64,000 bases of DNA, from the NCBI RefSeq assembly GCF_004010195.1, contig NC_057720.1:15970902-16034901 (forward strand), given 5' to 3'. The notes below the pieces were generated by a model. It saw only the letters and a program-made list of their open reading frames with translations. It had not been told where the DNA came from and made no database searches. Position 1 is the stretch's first letter. Each line of letters opens with the position of its first letter. This DNA is from Chiloscyllium plagiosum. Its lineage: Eukaryota. Positions 13,450-26,289 of the stretch are shown one piece after another. The translations under genes and the position numbers were made by a program.

Positions 13450-13990
13450 CTTAGCTGGTTAGGTCAGCTTTGTTGAATGTCCTTAATTGCATTTGTGAAG
13501 ATGGTGGTAAATTGTATTCTTGAACAGCTGCAGTCCATATGCTGATAGAAGACCTACAGTGCTATTGGGATTTTGTCGCAGTTTAGTTCCAAGTCAGAAT
13601 TCACATGACACCAGGCTATCGTCCAACAGGTTCATTTGAAATCACAAGCTTTTAGAGCACTGCTCCTTCTTCAGATGGAGGGTCTAACTGATGAAGGAGC
13701 AGCACTCTGAAAGCTTGTGTTTTCAAATAAACCTGTTGGCTGATAACTTGGTGTTGTGTGACTTGTGACCTTGTCCACACCTGTCCAAGGCAAAATTGTT
13801 TGTGGTTTGGGAGTGAAACTCTTGGTGTTCCAATATAGCTGCTACCCTGGTTCTTCTAGATGATTGGAGTTGTGGCTTTGGAACATGCTGTTGAATGAGC
13901 CATAGTGGGCTGCTGCTGTGCATCTCATATATAGTGCCCACAGCTGCCTCTGTGTGCCAGTGGAGAAGAGAGTGAATGGGACAGAGATAA
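13450..13990 (-). mobile_element. CR1/L2-group LINE 3' fragment (second subfamily), host of the 13601 insertion
   Basis: Similar to 49500-49900 and 34570-34870. Confidence 0.6.
13601..13780. mobile_element. Inverted dimer of a second hammerhead-bearing PLE-end family
   Basis: Arms 13601-13674 and 13688-13761; CTGATGA-A-GGAGC-AGC-ACTCT-GAAA-GCTT at 13688-13716 with an antisense copy at 13646-13674. Confidence 0.75.
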
Positions 13991-14069
13991 TAGGTGTTCA
14001 ACACTCACAGCCACATTATTTTCTACCAAAGCAACACACTGTAGAATTTGAAATAAGAACAATGAAGAT

Positions 14070-14250
14070 GCTAGAAAAAAAAACTCAACATCTGTGCAGA
14101 AAATTGTGTTAACCTCTCAGATTAATGACCTTTCATGACAAAGGTCAAATAAAAGGTCTTGGTTCTGATGAAAGCTTATTAACTTGAAATGTTAACTCTA
14201 TTTCCACAAAAGTGGCCTGACCTGTTGAGCTTTTTCAGCTTTTGTTTTTA
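14070..14250. mobile_element. Old, degenerate inverted hammerhead/PLE-end dimer (third family)
   Basis: CTGATGAAAGCTTATTAACTTGAAATGTTAAC at about 14165-14197 facing GTTAACC..AGATTAATGACCTTTCATGA at about 14108-14138. Confidence 0.5.
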
Positions 14251-15509
14251 TTTCATCCTCCTTTGAGCTGGGTACAGCATTGCGCAGCAGTGAGCTCTCC
14301 CCCAGATTCACACTGATTTCTGTTTTTCTAGGGCTCCCTGATGCCATGCACAGTCTAGTGCTCCCTTCACTTCAAACTACGCCTCTGGAGTTCAACTCTT
14401 CGATGATGTTTGGACCAAGGTTTGTTATGAGGCCAAGGCTCAGCTTTTTCCAGGTTAATTCCACACCTTAGCACTGTCCACAACACCTTCTATCCCTTCA
14501 CTGATGACTGGGAGTGGACTGGCAGTGTTAATTGGCTGTATTGGATTTGTCCTGATTTTGTGTTAGAAAAGCACAGCAGTTATTATTAAAGAAATTTAAA
14601 ACAGAGCCAACTTCACTCTTCTCCCTGTAGCCTGTAACTCTTGACTCTCTATAGTTCAAAAATCTGTCAAACGTCATCTTGAACATATTCAATGGTACAG
14701 CTTCCACTGGTCTTAATGAAGAGAATTCTGAGCAAACGGGAAACCCTTATTAAGTAGTTCTGGATCTAGACTGTCCTACAAGAGGAACATCCTTCCAGCA
14801 TCCACACTGTCCACGCCTCTCAGAGTCCTGTTTCTTTCAACAGAATCACCACTCATTCTTCTAAATTCCAGTGCCTACAGGCCCAATCCACTCCTGACGA
14901 GGCAACCTCTTCATCCAGGGACCAGTCAATTGGTAGGATAGCTGGTGTTCACACATATTAGTGCTGCCATAGCTCTGCTGCCCTGAACCAGGAACTCAAT
15001 CTTTCTTGTGTTGAGAAGCTGTTGAGGTGAGGTCTCAGGGAACCACCCTACAGGCAAAATCAAAAAGAACAGAGGCCAAAATATGTGCCTGAAGACAGGT
15101 AAAAGGATAAACTTTAACCTTTCAGTTTCTCTTTAGAGCAGAAGAACTCATGTTTCTTTGCTTAAACACTAAGGCAAGCATTCATGAGAGATGAATAGAT
15201 CAAGGCTGGTGTACAACTCAAAACTTTATACAGAAACAACAGTTTTATACTATTTTTACAAATAGCAACCTTCCAAACAATATTTCTCGAGATAATGACT
15301 TCAAACCAAAAGGTCACATGTTTACTCACTTATACTCCTATACAACTGTGTTCACTTAGTCTACATTCCAGGTTAGTACATACAACTATTATTTCCAATT
15401 ATATTCAAATGCACACATTATCCAATCATATCATAATATGTTCACGTCTTCTAGTTGTAGGTACATACTTGTGATTATCAGAAAACCTATACTGTCCCTT
15501 TTCCACTTT

Positions 15510-17440
15510 GACAGGGAAGGATTTGAGGACATCATCAACCACGTGGGAAGGGAAATTGCGGTCTTTTAAGGAAGGAGGTCTTCTGGTGTGCTCTGTGGTG
15601 GAACTAGTCCTCCTGGGAGAAGATGCGGCAGAGGAATTGGGAAGAAGGGATAGCATTTTTACAGGAGGTAGGGTGGGAGGAGGTGTAGTCCAGGTAGCTG
15701 TGGGAGTCGGTGGGTTTGTAGTAGATGTCTGTGTTGAGTCGGTCACTATTGATGGAGATGGAGAGGTCCAGGAAGGGGAGGGAGGTATCAGAGATGGTCC
15801 AGGTGAACTTAAGGTCGGGTGGAATTTGTTGGTGAAGTTGATGAACTGTTCAACCTCCTCATCGGGGTACAAGGTGGTGCCGATGCAGTCATCAATGTAG
15901 CGGAGGAAAAGGTGGGAAATGGTGCCGGTGTAACTGCGGAAGATGGACTGTTCCATGTAACCGACAAAGAGACAGGCATAACTGGGGGCCCATGCGGGTG
16001 CCCATGGCTACCCCTTTGGTCTAGAGGAAGTGTGAGGATTCGAAGGAGAAATTGTTGAGGGTGAGGACCAGTTCAGCCAAACGAATGAGAGTATCAGTGG
16101 AAGGATACTGATAGGGACGTCGGGAGAGGAAGAAATGGAGTGCTTGGAGGCCCAGGTCATGGCGGATGGAGGTGTATAGGGACTGGATGTGAAGATGTGA
16201 AGATGAGACATTGGGGGCCAAGGAAACGGAAGACTTGGAGGAGGGCGTGGCTGTTGTCCTGAACATATGTGGGGAGTTCCTGGACTGCGGGGATAGGACA
16301 GTATCAAGGTATGTGGAGATGACTTCAGTGGGGTGGGAGCAGGCTTAGACAATGGGTCAACCAGGGTAGTCAGGCTCGTGGATCTTGGGCAGGAGGTAGA
16401 ACCAGTTGGTGTAGGGTTCCCGAACTACGAGGTTGGAAGCTGTGGGTGAGAGATCCCCTGACATGATGAGGTTGTGTATGGTCTGGGAGATGACGGTTTG
16501 GTGATGGAGGTAAGGTTGTGGTTGAGGGAACAGTTGGAGGATATGTCTTCGAGTTGATGCCTGGCTTCAGCTGTGTACAGGTCAGTCTGCCAAACTACCA
16601 CTGCATTCCACCCCCCTGTCCTTGTCTGCTGGTTTGATGCTGATGTTGGGGTTGGAGCAGAGAGAGTGGAGGGCTGTGCGTTGTGAGGGTAAGAGGTTAG
16701 AGTGGGTGAGGAGAGTGGACAGGTTGAGGCAGTCAATGTCCCGGCAGCAGTTGAAAATAAAGAGATTAAGGGCAGATAACAGACCGGCCAGAGGTGTCGG
16801 GGTGGATGGGGTATGTTTGGGGTCGGGAGAAGGGCTGGAGTCTTGGAGGAAAAAGTAAGCCCGGAGGTGGAGGCGGCAGAAGAAGTGTTTGATGTCACAA
16901 CATGTGTTGAATTTGTTTGTCCAGGAGCAGATGTGAATAATGGTAAGGCCTTTGCTGAGGACTGATCGTTCATCCTGAGTGAGGGGGAGGTCTGGGGGGA
17001 TGGTGAAAACTCAGCAGGGCCATGAGCTAGAATCTGACATAGGGCTGGAGCTGGGAGTGGGGGAAGAGACTGCAACTGGAGTGTGAGTGCTAGTAGAGGG
17101 ACCGGGGGTAACACCTTTGATGGAGGTGATGCTCACCCAGGGCTTTGGGGTGTCAGAGGTTGTGACTGTGGGATCCACGGGGGTGGGGGGAGGGCATATC
17201 ATTAGCGATTTCTGGCAGCAGTGTTCAGGTGAGTGACATCAGTGGGGGTGGAAGTGGCTGAACACGTGGCATAGGTGATGTTGGTAGGAGCACAAGTGGC
17301 TGTGACGGTGGCAACAAAGGGGGTGGAAGTGATGCTCCAGTTAGGCCTCATGTTGGTTTTGGTGACAGTGGCCCTTGTAGTGGTTGCATGGTCAGCCTTT
17401 GCTGCTCACGGTCGAGCATTGGGGATGGAAAGGACACAAA
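15510..17440 (-). mobile_element. Penelope-like element ORF relic (linker and reverse transcriptase)
   Basis: IQSLYTSI, LVLTLNNFSFESSHFL, KGVAMGTRMGP, FLRYIDDCIG (YIDD 15888-15899); frameshifted; 5' limit approximate. Confidence 0.9.
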
Positions 17441-17459
17441 CAAGTGATCAACTTGCGCC

Positions 17460-18158
17460 TGCTATGAAGTTGTAGGTGTACTGTATCTTTAAGGGAGATG
17501 TAATTTCTACTGGCACAAAGTGTGCTGAACGTTTAAAAATGTAACATTTGGGTTGAAAGACATATCTCGTGCTGTGTTGCCAGGATACAAAAACAAATTC
17601 AAAATTCAGCCAATCAGTTTAAATGATACACTCGATACAAAAGTCCAGTCGACTTTTGGGTGACATCAAACCCATGAAATGATCCGATGTTTCAGGGTAT
17701 AAATATCAGACATTTTGAAGAGTTAGCCAGAGTGGCAAGAAAAAGCCAACAAGACAGCTTGCAGATGGATCTGCTCTCAGAAAGGTACCTTTATATATCA
17801 AAGACCTGGGAAGCAAAATCCCCAAGAAGAGGAGAAGAAGACAGGAATACAGAGAACAACTGAAAGCTGCCTGGTTTTTAAACAAGATTTTTTTTTGTAA
17901 ATCTTTAAGGAATTTTTTAATTGGACCAATATTGGAGAGGGGGAGGTAAAAGTTAGTTTTAAGAGAAAGGAGTTGTAAATTTGTTAATATTCCCTATTCA
18001 ACTTAAAGAATAAAATTGTTAATTTTCCCTTTAAATAGAGATTTTTGGGATAGTTCCTTTCCTCTCGAACTTTAACAGATTATGGCACGGAGTGAATCTT
18101 TTCTGTATTGTTGGTTTAAATTAGCTGCAGGGGTGGTGGTTTACTCTGTGTCATAACA
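17460..18158 (+). repeat. 5' LTR
   Basis: TGCTATG...CATAACA termini; long direct repeat of 26290-26962. Confidence 0.9.
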
Positions 18159-18161
18159 GTT

Positions 18162-18179
18162 TAGGTGCTCGTCCAAGAT
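18162..18179 (+). other. Primer binding site, tRNA-Pro-like
   Basis: TAGGTGCTCGTCCAAGAT matches the tRNA-Pro PBS TGGGGGCTCGTCCGGGAT at 14/18, 3 nt after the LTR. Confidence 0.7.
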
Positions 18180-18382
18180 TTAAACATTTTGGGTCTTGGA
18201 TTTGTGATTTGAACAGGTTGAGACAGATTCAGTCTGAGATTTGGCTAGATTTGGGGTATGATAAAACCCAGTAGATTTAAACACTTGCAGGTTAGTGTCC
18301 GAGATCTTTAAATAAAATGTAGGTGAGACAATTTGTCTAATTTCGGTGACTTGCGGTTGATTGAATTTAAAAGTGAGAGAAG

Positions 18383-19500
18383 TGGCTCTTAAAATTGCTA
18401 CAGAGGTTCTGGGGTATGGAGATGATTCTCAATTTTGCAAAGGAAGTTTAGAAGGAAAGAAAAAGGCCATACTTTTAGAATCAGAAAAGAAGTTAGATTT
18501 GGGTTTAACCAAGGGCAAAAGTAAGGCAGAAATTAGGTGTGTCAGAGAAACAAGGAAGTGCAGTCGAGGTAGAAAAACATCAATTACAATTGAGGAAAAT
18601 GGAGTTAGAAGGTAAATGAAGGGAGAGAAAAAGAGAGAAAGAAGAAGGGGGGAAAGAGAGAGAGGAAAAAGAAAGAAAGAGAAGGTTCTTAGCTGAGCAA
18701 AAAGAGAAAGAATTTGAATTTGAGAAGTTGCGACTTAGTCAGCAAAGTCAAGTTAACAGGATGGAGATTAAAAGAGAAGGTAGTGATATCTATAAATATG
18801 TCAAAACTCTGCCACATTTTGTTGAGAAAGATGTTGAAGCCTTCTTTATTACATTTGAAAAATTGGCTAGGTAGATGGAATGGTCCGAGGATTTATGGGT
18901 AACGCTAGTTTAGACTAAACTGGTAGGCAGAGCTAGTCAGATGATGGGTCAAAAGATTATGAAGATGTTAAACAGGTTATTTTAAGTGCTTATGAATTGG
19001 TACCAGAAGCATATAAACATAAAGGAGGAACCAGGTCAGACTTATGTTGAGTTTGAAAGAATTAAACAGTCATTTTGATAGATGGGTGCATGCTTTAAAG
19101 ATAGATAGGACCTTTGAGGCTCTAAGAGAGATTATTCTGCTGGAGGAGTTTAAAAACTCACTTCCAGAGATTGTAAGAATTCATGTGGAGGAACAGAGAG
19201 TCCAGGAAGTGAGAAGGGTAGCAGAATTAGCAGATGAATAAATATTGGTGCATAAGATGTCCTGTGAGGGATAGAAGTTGGGGGAAGGGGAGATCCCACA
19301 CTCTGAAACCAAGGGTAGAGAACACTGGTAAGATTTTACCATGGGATAAAAAAGAAGCCCAAGAGGGTGGAAAGGAGGTGAAAGGCCTCAGATCTTTCCA
19401 CTGTGGTAAAGTGGGACACCGTGAAGTCACAGTGCTGGCCGTTAAAGAAGGGCACTGTGTGAAAAGATGTGGTAAAAGAAACTAAGCCAGTGGCATTAGT
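18383..19500 (+). pseudogene. gag (coiled coil, capsid/SCAN-like region, CCHC knuckle)
   Basis: LPHFVEKDVEAFFITFEKLA; FEALREIILLEEFKNSLPEIVRIHV; FHCGKVGH; broken by stops and frameshifts. Confidence 0.8.
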
Positions 19501-22210
19501 GAAAGTAATAAAGGAGACCCCAAGAAGAGCTGAGGAGCAGCAGTAGAGTGCACAGCCTCGGCAGGGGCTGGGTATGGAGTCTGTACCTGATCGCTACAAA
19601 GAATTCATCTCTGTGGGTAAAGTTTACTCAGAAAGAACAGGAGGTGAAGTGCAAGAAGTTATAATTTTGAGAGATACAGGATCCAACTAGTCACTGATTG
19701 TGAGAGATGAGCGAATTTGCAGTCTTTCTGATCTGTTACCCAAGAGTGTGGTAATTTGTGGGACAGATGGACAGAAATTTAGCATTCCCCTGTGTAAGAT
19801 CAGGATGGAGTGCCAACTCAAGACTGAGGAAGTAACAGTGAGAGTGATTGACAGAGTGTCAGTTCCAGGAATCCAGTTTGTTCTTGGGAATGATTTGGCA
19901 GGATCCAAGGTGGGAGTGACACCCCTTGTTGTGGAGAAGCCCAAGGAAGACCAAGAAACTGAGGAGCTAAGGCAGAAACATTCTGGTATTTTCCCAGACT
20001 GTGTGGTAATCAGATCCCACTATCATAAGTCACAGCACGAAGCAAAAACTAAAGAGAAAGATGAAGGAGTTGAGGTTCAGTTAGCAACACCCAATTGGGT
20101 GCAGTAAAAACCTGAACAGGCAGAGGGTCAGACAGAAGTATTTAGTCCTGAAAGGCTAAGGGTCTTGAAACAGCAAGATAGGATAATAAAAGATATATAT
20201 GTGGATGAGTGCACCAAAAAGGAGGCAGGGAATATTCCTGAAGGTTATTATCTGAAAGATAGAATTCTAAGACGGAAATGGAGTCCATAGCTGGTAAGTA
20301 CAGAGGAGTAATGGGCCTCAGTGCACCAGATTGTGTTGTCGGTAGCATACAGACAGGAAGTGTTATGGGTAGCACATTAACTACCCGTAGGAGGTCACGA
20401 GGGGTACAAAAGACTCAGGCTAAAGTACAAAAACATTTTTATTGGCCTGAAATGCAGGGATTGCGGGGATGTGGTTAATTTTTGCCATATGTGTCATACA
20501 TGCCAAATGGTAGGTAAACCACAGGTGGTAATAAAACCAGTACTGTTTTTGCCAATTCCAACATTCGAAGAACCTTTCACACGGATTATAAAATTGATTG
20601 TGTAGTTCCCTTCCCGAGAACTAAAAGTGGGAACCAGCACTTGTTAACCATAATGGATGTCTACCAGATTTCCGAAGGCAATTCCATTACGGAGTATCAA
20701 GGCAAAAGAGGTGGTAGAGGAGTTAGTAGCTTTCTCCACATGGTATGGGCGATCCAGTCAGACCAAGGGTAACATTTTACAGCTAGGCTGTTTAAGGAGG
20801 TTATGAATAGCTGAAGTATACAGCACTTTAAATCCAGTGTGTATCATCTGAATCCCAGAGAGCTTTAGAAAGGTGGCATTAGACCTTGAAGACCATGTTG
20901 AGAGCGTACTGTCAGGATTACCCAGATGATTGGGATAAAGGTGTCCCATTGTTTGCCATTAGAGATTGTCCAAATGAATCTGCTCTGTTCACTCCCTTTG
21001 AGTAAATATTCGGGCATGAAGTGAGAGCTCTTTAAAATTAATTAAAGAAACATTCACAGGACCAAATTCAGAGATCTCACACTTAAGTTATGTAGAAGAG
21101 GTGAGGGAGAGACTAAATCAAGTAAGTAAGTTAGCTAAACAACACCTAAAGAGGGCACAGTGTAGAATGAGACTGAAGGTCCGAAGGTTAGTACTGTTAC
21201 CAGTGATAGAGATCTCTTCAAAGCCAGATTTAGTGGTCCCTATCAAATTCAGGACAAAATTGAGTCAGGTGAATGATCTAGTAAAGATGCCAGATAGGAA
21301 AACATGGTATCATATATGTCATGTGAACATGCTGAAACAGTATTATACTAGAGAGAAAGAACTGAAGAAACAGGTGTTAATTACTGCTTTTCAGAGTGAA
21401 GAATCAAATCCAGATGATGTGGATTTTGATGTGCCTCAAAATAGGTTAAAAAATGAAGAAGTCCTTGAGGAGTGATATAGATTCGTAAACTATGTGACTC
21501 AGGAGCATAGAACGCAGTTGAAAGGTTTGTTACTGCAGTTTAAGGACATATGTAAGAATGAGATGGGAGAGCTAATGCTATTGTATATGAAGTAGATGTA
21601 GGGAATACTGCTCTGACAAAACAACACCACTATCGGCTTAATAGTTTCAAAGCCAGACAGGTCCAGATGGAGGTGGAGGCCATGCTCGATGAGGACATCA
21701 TCGAACTAAGCCAAAGCGAGTGGAGTTTGCCGATCATCTTAGATCCCAAACCAGGCGGTACTCAACAATTCCGCGTGGATTATCGGAAGGTTCAACACCG
21801 TTACAAAATCAGACTCATGTCCAATTCCTAGATTTGGAGGACTGTGTCAAGAAAGTCAGACAAGCCAGTAACATCACCAAGTTGGACTTACTGCGTGGTT
21901 ACTGGCAGGGACTTTTATCAGAGTCGGTGAAATAAATTTGTGTGTTTGTAACACCAAATAGGCTATATCAATTTAAAGTGATGCCCTTTGGAATGAAGAA
22001 CGCACCCGTCACATTCCAAAGACTCATGCACAAAGTTGTGGCTGGGTTAACGAACTGTGCCATCTATTTGGATGATGTAGTGATCTTCAAGTCCTGGAAA
22101 GATCACATGTAGAGTTGACAGAGCTCTTTGAATGACTATGAGAAACAAAATTGGTAATAAGCTTAAACAAAACTGAATTCACGAAAGCAGAGGTGACATT
22201 CTTGAGACAT

Positions 22211-24426
22211 GAACATAAAACATTCCAGCGCAGTACAGGCTCTTCGGCCCTCGATGTTGCGCCGCCCTGTCATACTAATCTGAAGCCCATCCCACCTACA
22301 CTATTCCATGTACGTCTATATGCCTGTCCAATGTCGACTTAAATGCACTTAAACTTGGCGAATCTACTACTGTTGCAGGCAAAGCATTCCATACTCTTAC
22401 TACTCTCTGAGTAAAGAAACTACCTCTGACATCTATCTTATACCTATCTCCCCTCACTTTAAAGTTGTGTCCCCTCGTGTTTGCCGTCCCCATACTTGGA
22501 AAAAGGCTCTCCCTGTCCACCCTATCTAACCCTCTGATTATCTTGCATGTCTCTATTAAGTCACCTCTCAACCTTCTTCTCTCTAACAAGAACAGCCTCA
22601 AGGCCCTCAGCCTTTCCTCGTAAGACCTTCCCTCCATACTAAGCAACATCCTACTAAATCTCCTCTGCACCCTTTCCAAAGCTTCCACATCCTTCTTATA
22701 ATGTGGTGACCAGAACTGTACACAATACTCCAAGTGTGGCCATACCAGAGCTTTGTACAGCTGCAGCATGACCCCCTGGTTCCAGAACTCAATCCCTCTA
22801 TTAATAAAGGCCAAAACACTGTATGCCTTCTTAACAACCCTGTCAATCTGGGTGGCAACTTTCAGGGATCTGTGTACATGGACACCGAGATCTCTCTGCT
22901 CATCTGCACTCCCAAGAATCTTACCATTAGTCCAGTACTTTGCATTCCGATTACTCCGGCCAAAGTGTATCACCTCACACTTGTCCGCATTAAACTCCAT
23001 TTGCCACCTCTCAACCCAGTTCTGCATCCTATCTATGTCTCTGTGCAACCTACTATATCCTTCGTCACTATCCACAACTCCACCGACATTAGTGTCGTCC
23101 GCAAATTTACTAACCCACCCTAGTAACTGGACACCAAGATGAACATGTTCCATCAACTACAACCCTCTGTTTTCTTTCAGCAAGCCAATTATTGATCCAA
23201 ACTGCTATGTCTCCCACAATCCCATTCCTCCGCATTTTGTATAATAGCCTACTGTGGGGAACCTTATCGAATGCCTTGCTGAAATCCATATACACCACAT
23301 CAACTGGTTTACTCTCAACCACCTGTTTGATCACTTTGTCAAAAGCTCAATAAGATTCGTTAGGCATGGCCTACCCTTCACAAAACCGTGCTGACTGTCC
23401 CTTGTCAGATTATTCTTTTCTAGATGGTTATAAATCCTATCTCTTATCACCTTTTCCAACACTTTACCAATGACTGAAGTGAGACTCACTGGTCTGTAAT
23501 TACCGGGGTTGTCTCTACTACCCTTTTTAAACAAGGGAACCACACTTGCTATCCTCCAGTCCTCAGGCACTATTCCTGTAGACAATGATGATTTGAAGAT
23601 CAATGCCAAAGGCTCGGCAATCTCTTCCCTTGCTTCCCAGAGGATCCTAGGATAGATCCCATCCGGCCCAGGGGACTTGTCTATTTTCACACTCTGCAGT
23701 ATTTCTAATACCTCTTCCTTGTGAACCTCGATCTCTTCTAGTCTAGATGCAAGTATCTCTGTATCTTCCTCGCAAACATTTTCATTTTCTATAGTGAACA
23801 CTGTCGAAAAATATTTATTTAGTGCCTCCCCTATCTCCTCTGACTCCACACACAACTTCCCACTATTATCCTTGATTGGCCCTAATTTAACTCTCGTCAT
23901 TCTTTTATTCCTGACATACCTATGGAAAGCCTTAGGGTTAACCCTGATCCTATCTGCCAACACTTTCTTGTGTCTCCTCCTGGCTCTCCTGAGCTCTCTT
24001 TTTACGCTTTTCTGACTTCCTTGTAACCCTCAAGCGCCCTGAGTTTTCACATTTTGTCCTAATATAAGCCTTCTTCTTCTTCTTCTTCTTGACCAGGGAT
24101 TCCACTTCCTTANNNNNNNNNNNNNNNNNNNNNNNNNNNNNNNNNNNNCTCCACATTTTTAATGTGCTCATCCCCTGCAGTTTCCTTCCCCTTTCTACGC
24201 TTCCTAAATCTTTCCTAATTGCATCGTAATTTCCCTTCCCCCAGCTGTAACTCTTGCTCGATGGAGTACACCTATCCCTTTCCATCACTAAAGTAAACCT
24301 GACAGAATTGTGATCGCTGTTTCCAAAGTGCTCACCTACTTCCAAATCTAACACCTGGCCAGGCTCGTTACCCAGTACTAAATCTATCGTGGCTTTGCCC
24401 CTGTAGGCCTGTCTACATACTGTGTC
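22211..24426 (-). mobile_element. CR1 LINE (endonuclease C-terminus, RT, 3' tail) nested in Gypsy RT
   Basis: IDLVLGNEPG..SDHNSV, KSPGPDGIYP, NYRPVSLTS, YMDFSKAFDKVPH, SKFADD; assembly gap about 24113-24148. Confidence 0.95.
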
Positions 24427-25035
24427 TACATCGACCATGGAAGGTTGACCCCACGAAACGTAAAGATGAAGGCCATTGAGGAATTTCCACGACCAACCTC
24501 GAAAGAGGTACTTCGATTCTTAGGACGAAATGGATTCTATCGGAAGTTTCTCTCAAACTTCAGTCGTGTAGTGGCACTTTTAATCAATTTGCTGAAGAAG
24601 GACATAAAGTTTTAGTAGACAGAACAATACCAGGAGGCATTCGACCATTTGAAAACAGTACTAACCACTAAACCAGTTTTAACTACATCAAACTTTTCAA
24701 AACCTTTTAAAGTTGCCATCGAAACTAGTGACATAGAAGTTGAAGCTGTACTGCTACAGGAAGATGATGGTGGTGAGATTGAACTGCCAGTTGGTTACTT
24801 TTTGAAAAAGCTGAACATCCACCAGAGGACATACTCTATGATTGAAAAGGAAATATGGAGCTTGGTACTGGCCTTACAACATTTTAATGTGTATGTAATG
24901 AACAATGTGTTGGAGACAGTTATGTACACAAATCGCAATCCTCTTATATTCTTAGAGTGCTTTAAAGACAAGAATATGAGACTATTTCATTGAAGTCTTA
25001 TGTTTTAGACTGTTAATTTAAAAATTGTACATGTG

Positions 25036-26075
25036 ATAGAGTCATAGAGATGTACAGCATGGAAACAGACCCTTCGGTCCAACCCGTCCATGCCAACCAG
25101 ATATCCGAACCCAATCTAGTCCCACCTGCCAGCACCCAGCCCATATCCCGCCAAACCCTTCCTAATATTATACCCATCCAAATGCCTTTTAAATGTTGCA
25201 ATTGTACCAGCCTCCACCACATCCTCTGGCAGCTCATTCCATTCACATACCACCGTCTGTGTGAAAAAGTTGCCCCTTAGGTCTCTTTTATATCTTTCCC
25301 CTCTCACCATAAACCTATGCCCTCTAGGTCTGGACTCCCCTACCCAAGGGAAAAGACTTTGTCTATTTATCCTATCCATGCCCCTCATGATTTTGTAAAC
25401 CTCAAGAAGGTCACCCCTCAAACTCCGACACTGCAGGGAAAACAGCCCCAGCCTGTTCAGCCTCTCCCTGTAGCTCAAATCCTCCAACCCTGGCAACATA
25501 TTTATAAATCTCTTCTGAACCCTTTCAAGTTTCACAACATCCTTCTGATAGGAAGGAGACCAGAATTGCACGCAATATTCCAACAGTGGCCTAACCAATG
25601 TCCTGTACAGCCGCAACATGACCTCACAACTCCAGTACTCAATACTCTGACCAATAAAAGAAAGCATACCAAACGCCTTCCTTACTATCCTATCTACCTG
25701 CACTCCAAGGTCTCTTTGTTCAGCAACACTCCCTAGGACCTCACCATTAAGTATATAAGTCCTGCTAAAATTTGCTTTCCCAAAATGCAGCACCTTAAAT
25801 TTATCTGAATTATACTCCATCTGCCACTTCTCAGCACATTGACCCATTTGGTCAAGATCCTAATGTGATCTGAGGTAACCTTCTTAGCTGTCCACTACAC
25901 CTTCAATTTTGGTGTCATCTGCAAATTTACTAACTGTACCTCGTGCTCACATCCAAATCATTTATGTAAATGTCAAAAAGTAGAGGACCCAGCGCTGATC
26001 CTTGTGGTACTCCACTGGTCACAGGCCTCCAGTCTGAAAATCAACCCTCCACCACCACCCTCTGTCTTCTACCTT
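25036..26075 (-). mobile_element. CR1 LINE 3' portion nested in Gypsy RNase H
   Basis: ORF 25116-25847 (LVRPLLEYCVQFWSP); host frame LKIVHV|AGRKN resumes across it. Confidence 0.95.
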
Positions 26076-26277
26076 TGCGGGACGTAAGAATATAATTGCA
26101 GGTACATTATCGCAGATTTAACAGATAACGTTTAGATGAGATTCATATTTATCCAATGTTTTATATATATGGGAAGAAGTTAAGGTGAACTTAGATTAAA
26201 TATATCTGCATGTTATGGTAATGTTTTTAAAGAATAGAAAAAAGCCATCTTTTCATTATGATGGTTCATTTTTTCTT

Positions 26278-26289
26278 AAGGGGAGGTAG
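26278..26289 (+). other. Polypurine tract
   Basis: AAGGGGAGGTAG directly before the 3' LTR. Confidence 0.8.

Larger units (their letters stand above)
19600..26121 (+). pseudogene. pol in PR-IN-RT-RH order, interrupted by two CR1 elements
   Basis: ILRDTG; KHFYWP..CHTCQ; EEPFTRI..DCV; TKLDLLRGYWQ; MPFG; YLDD; PFKVAIETSD..AVLLQ..PVGYF; ends KNIIAGTLSQI*. Confidence 0.85.

Noticed and set aside
22296..23963. Long CR1 ORFs (also 51394-52443) as functional genes
   Set aside because: 5'-truncated, frameshifted pieces of ORF2 with internal deletions.
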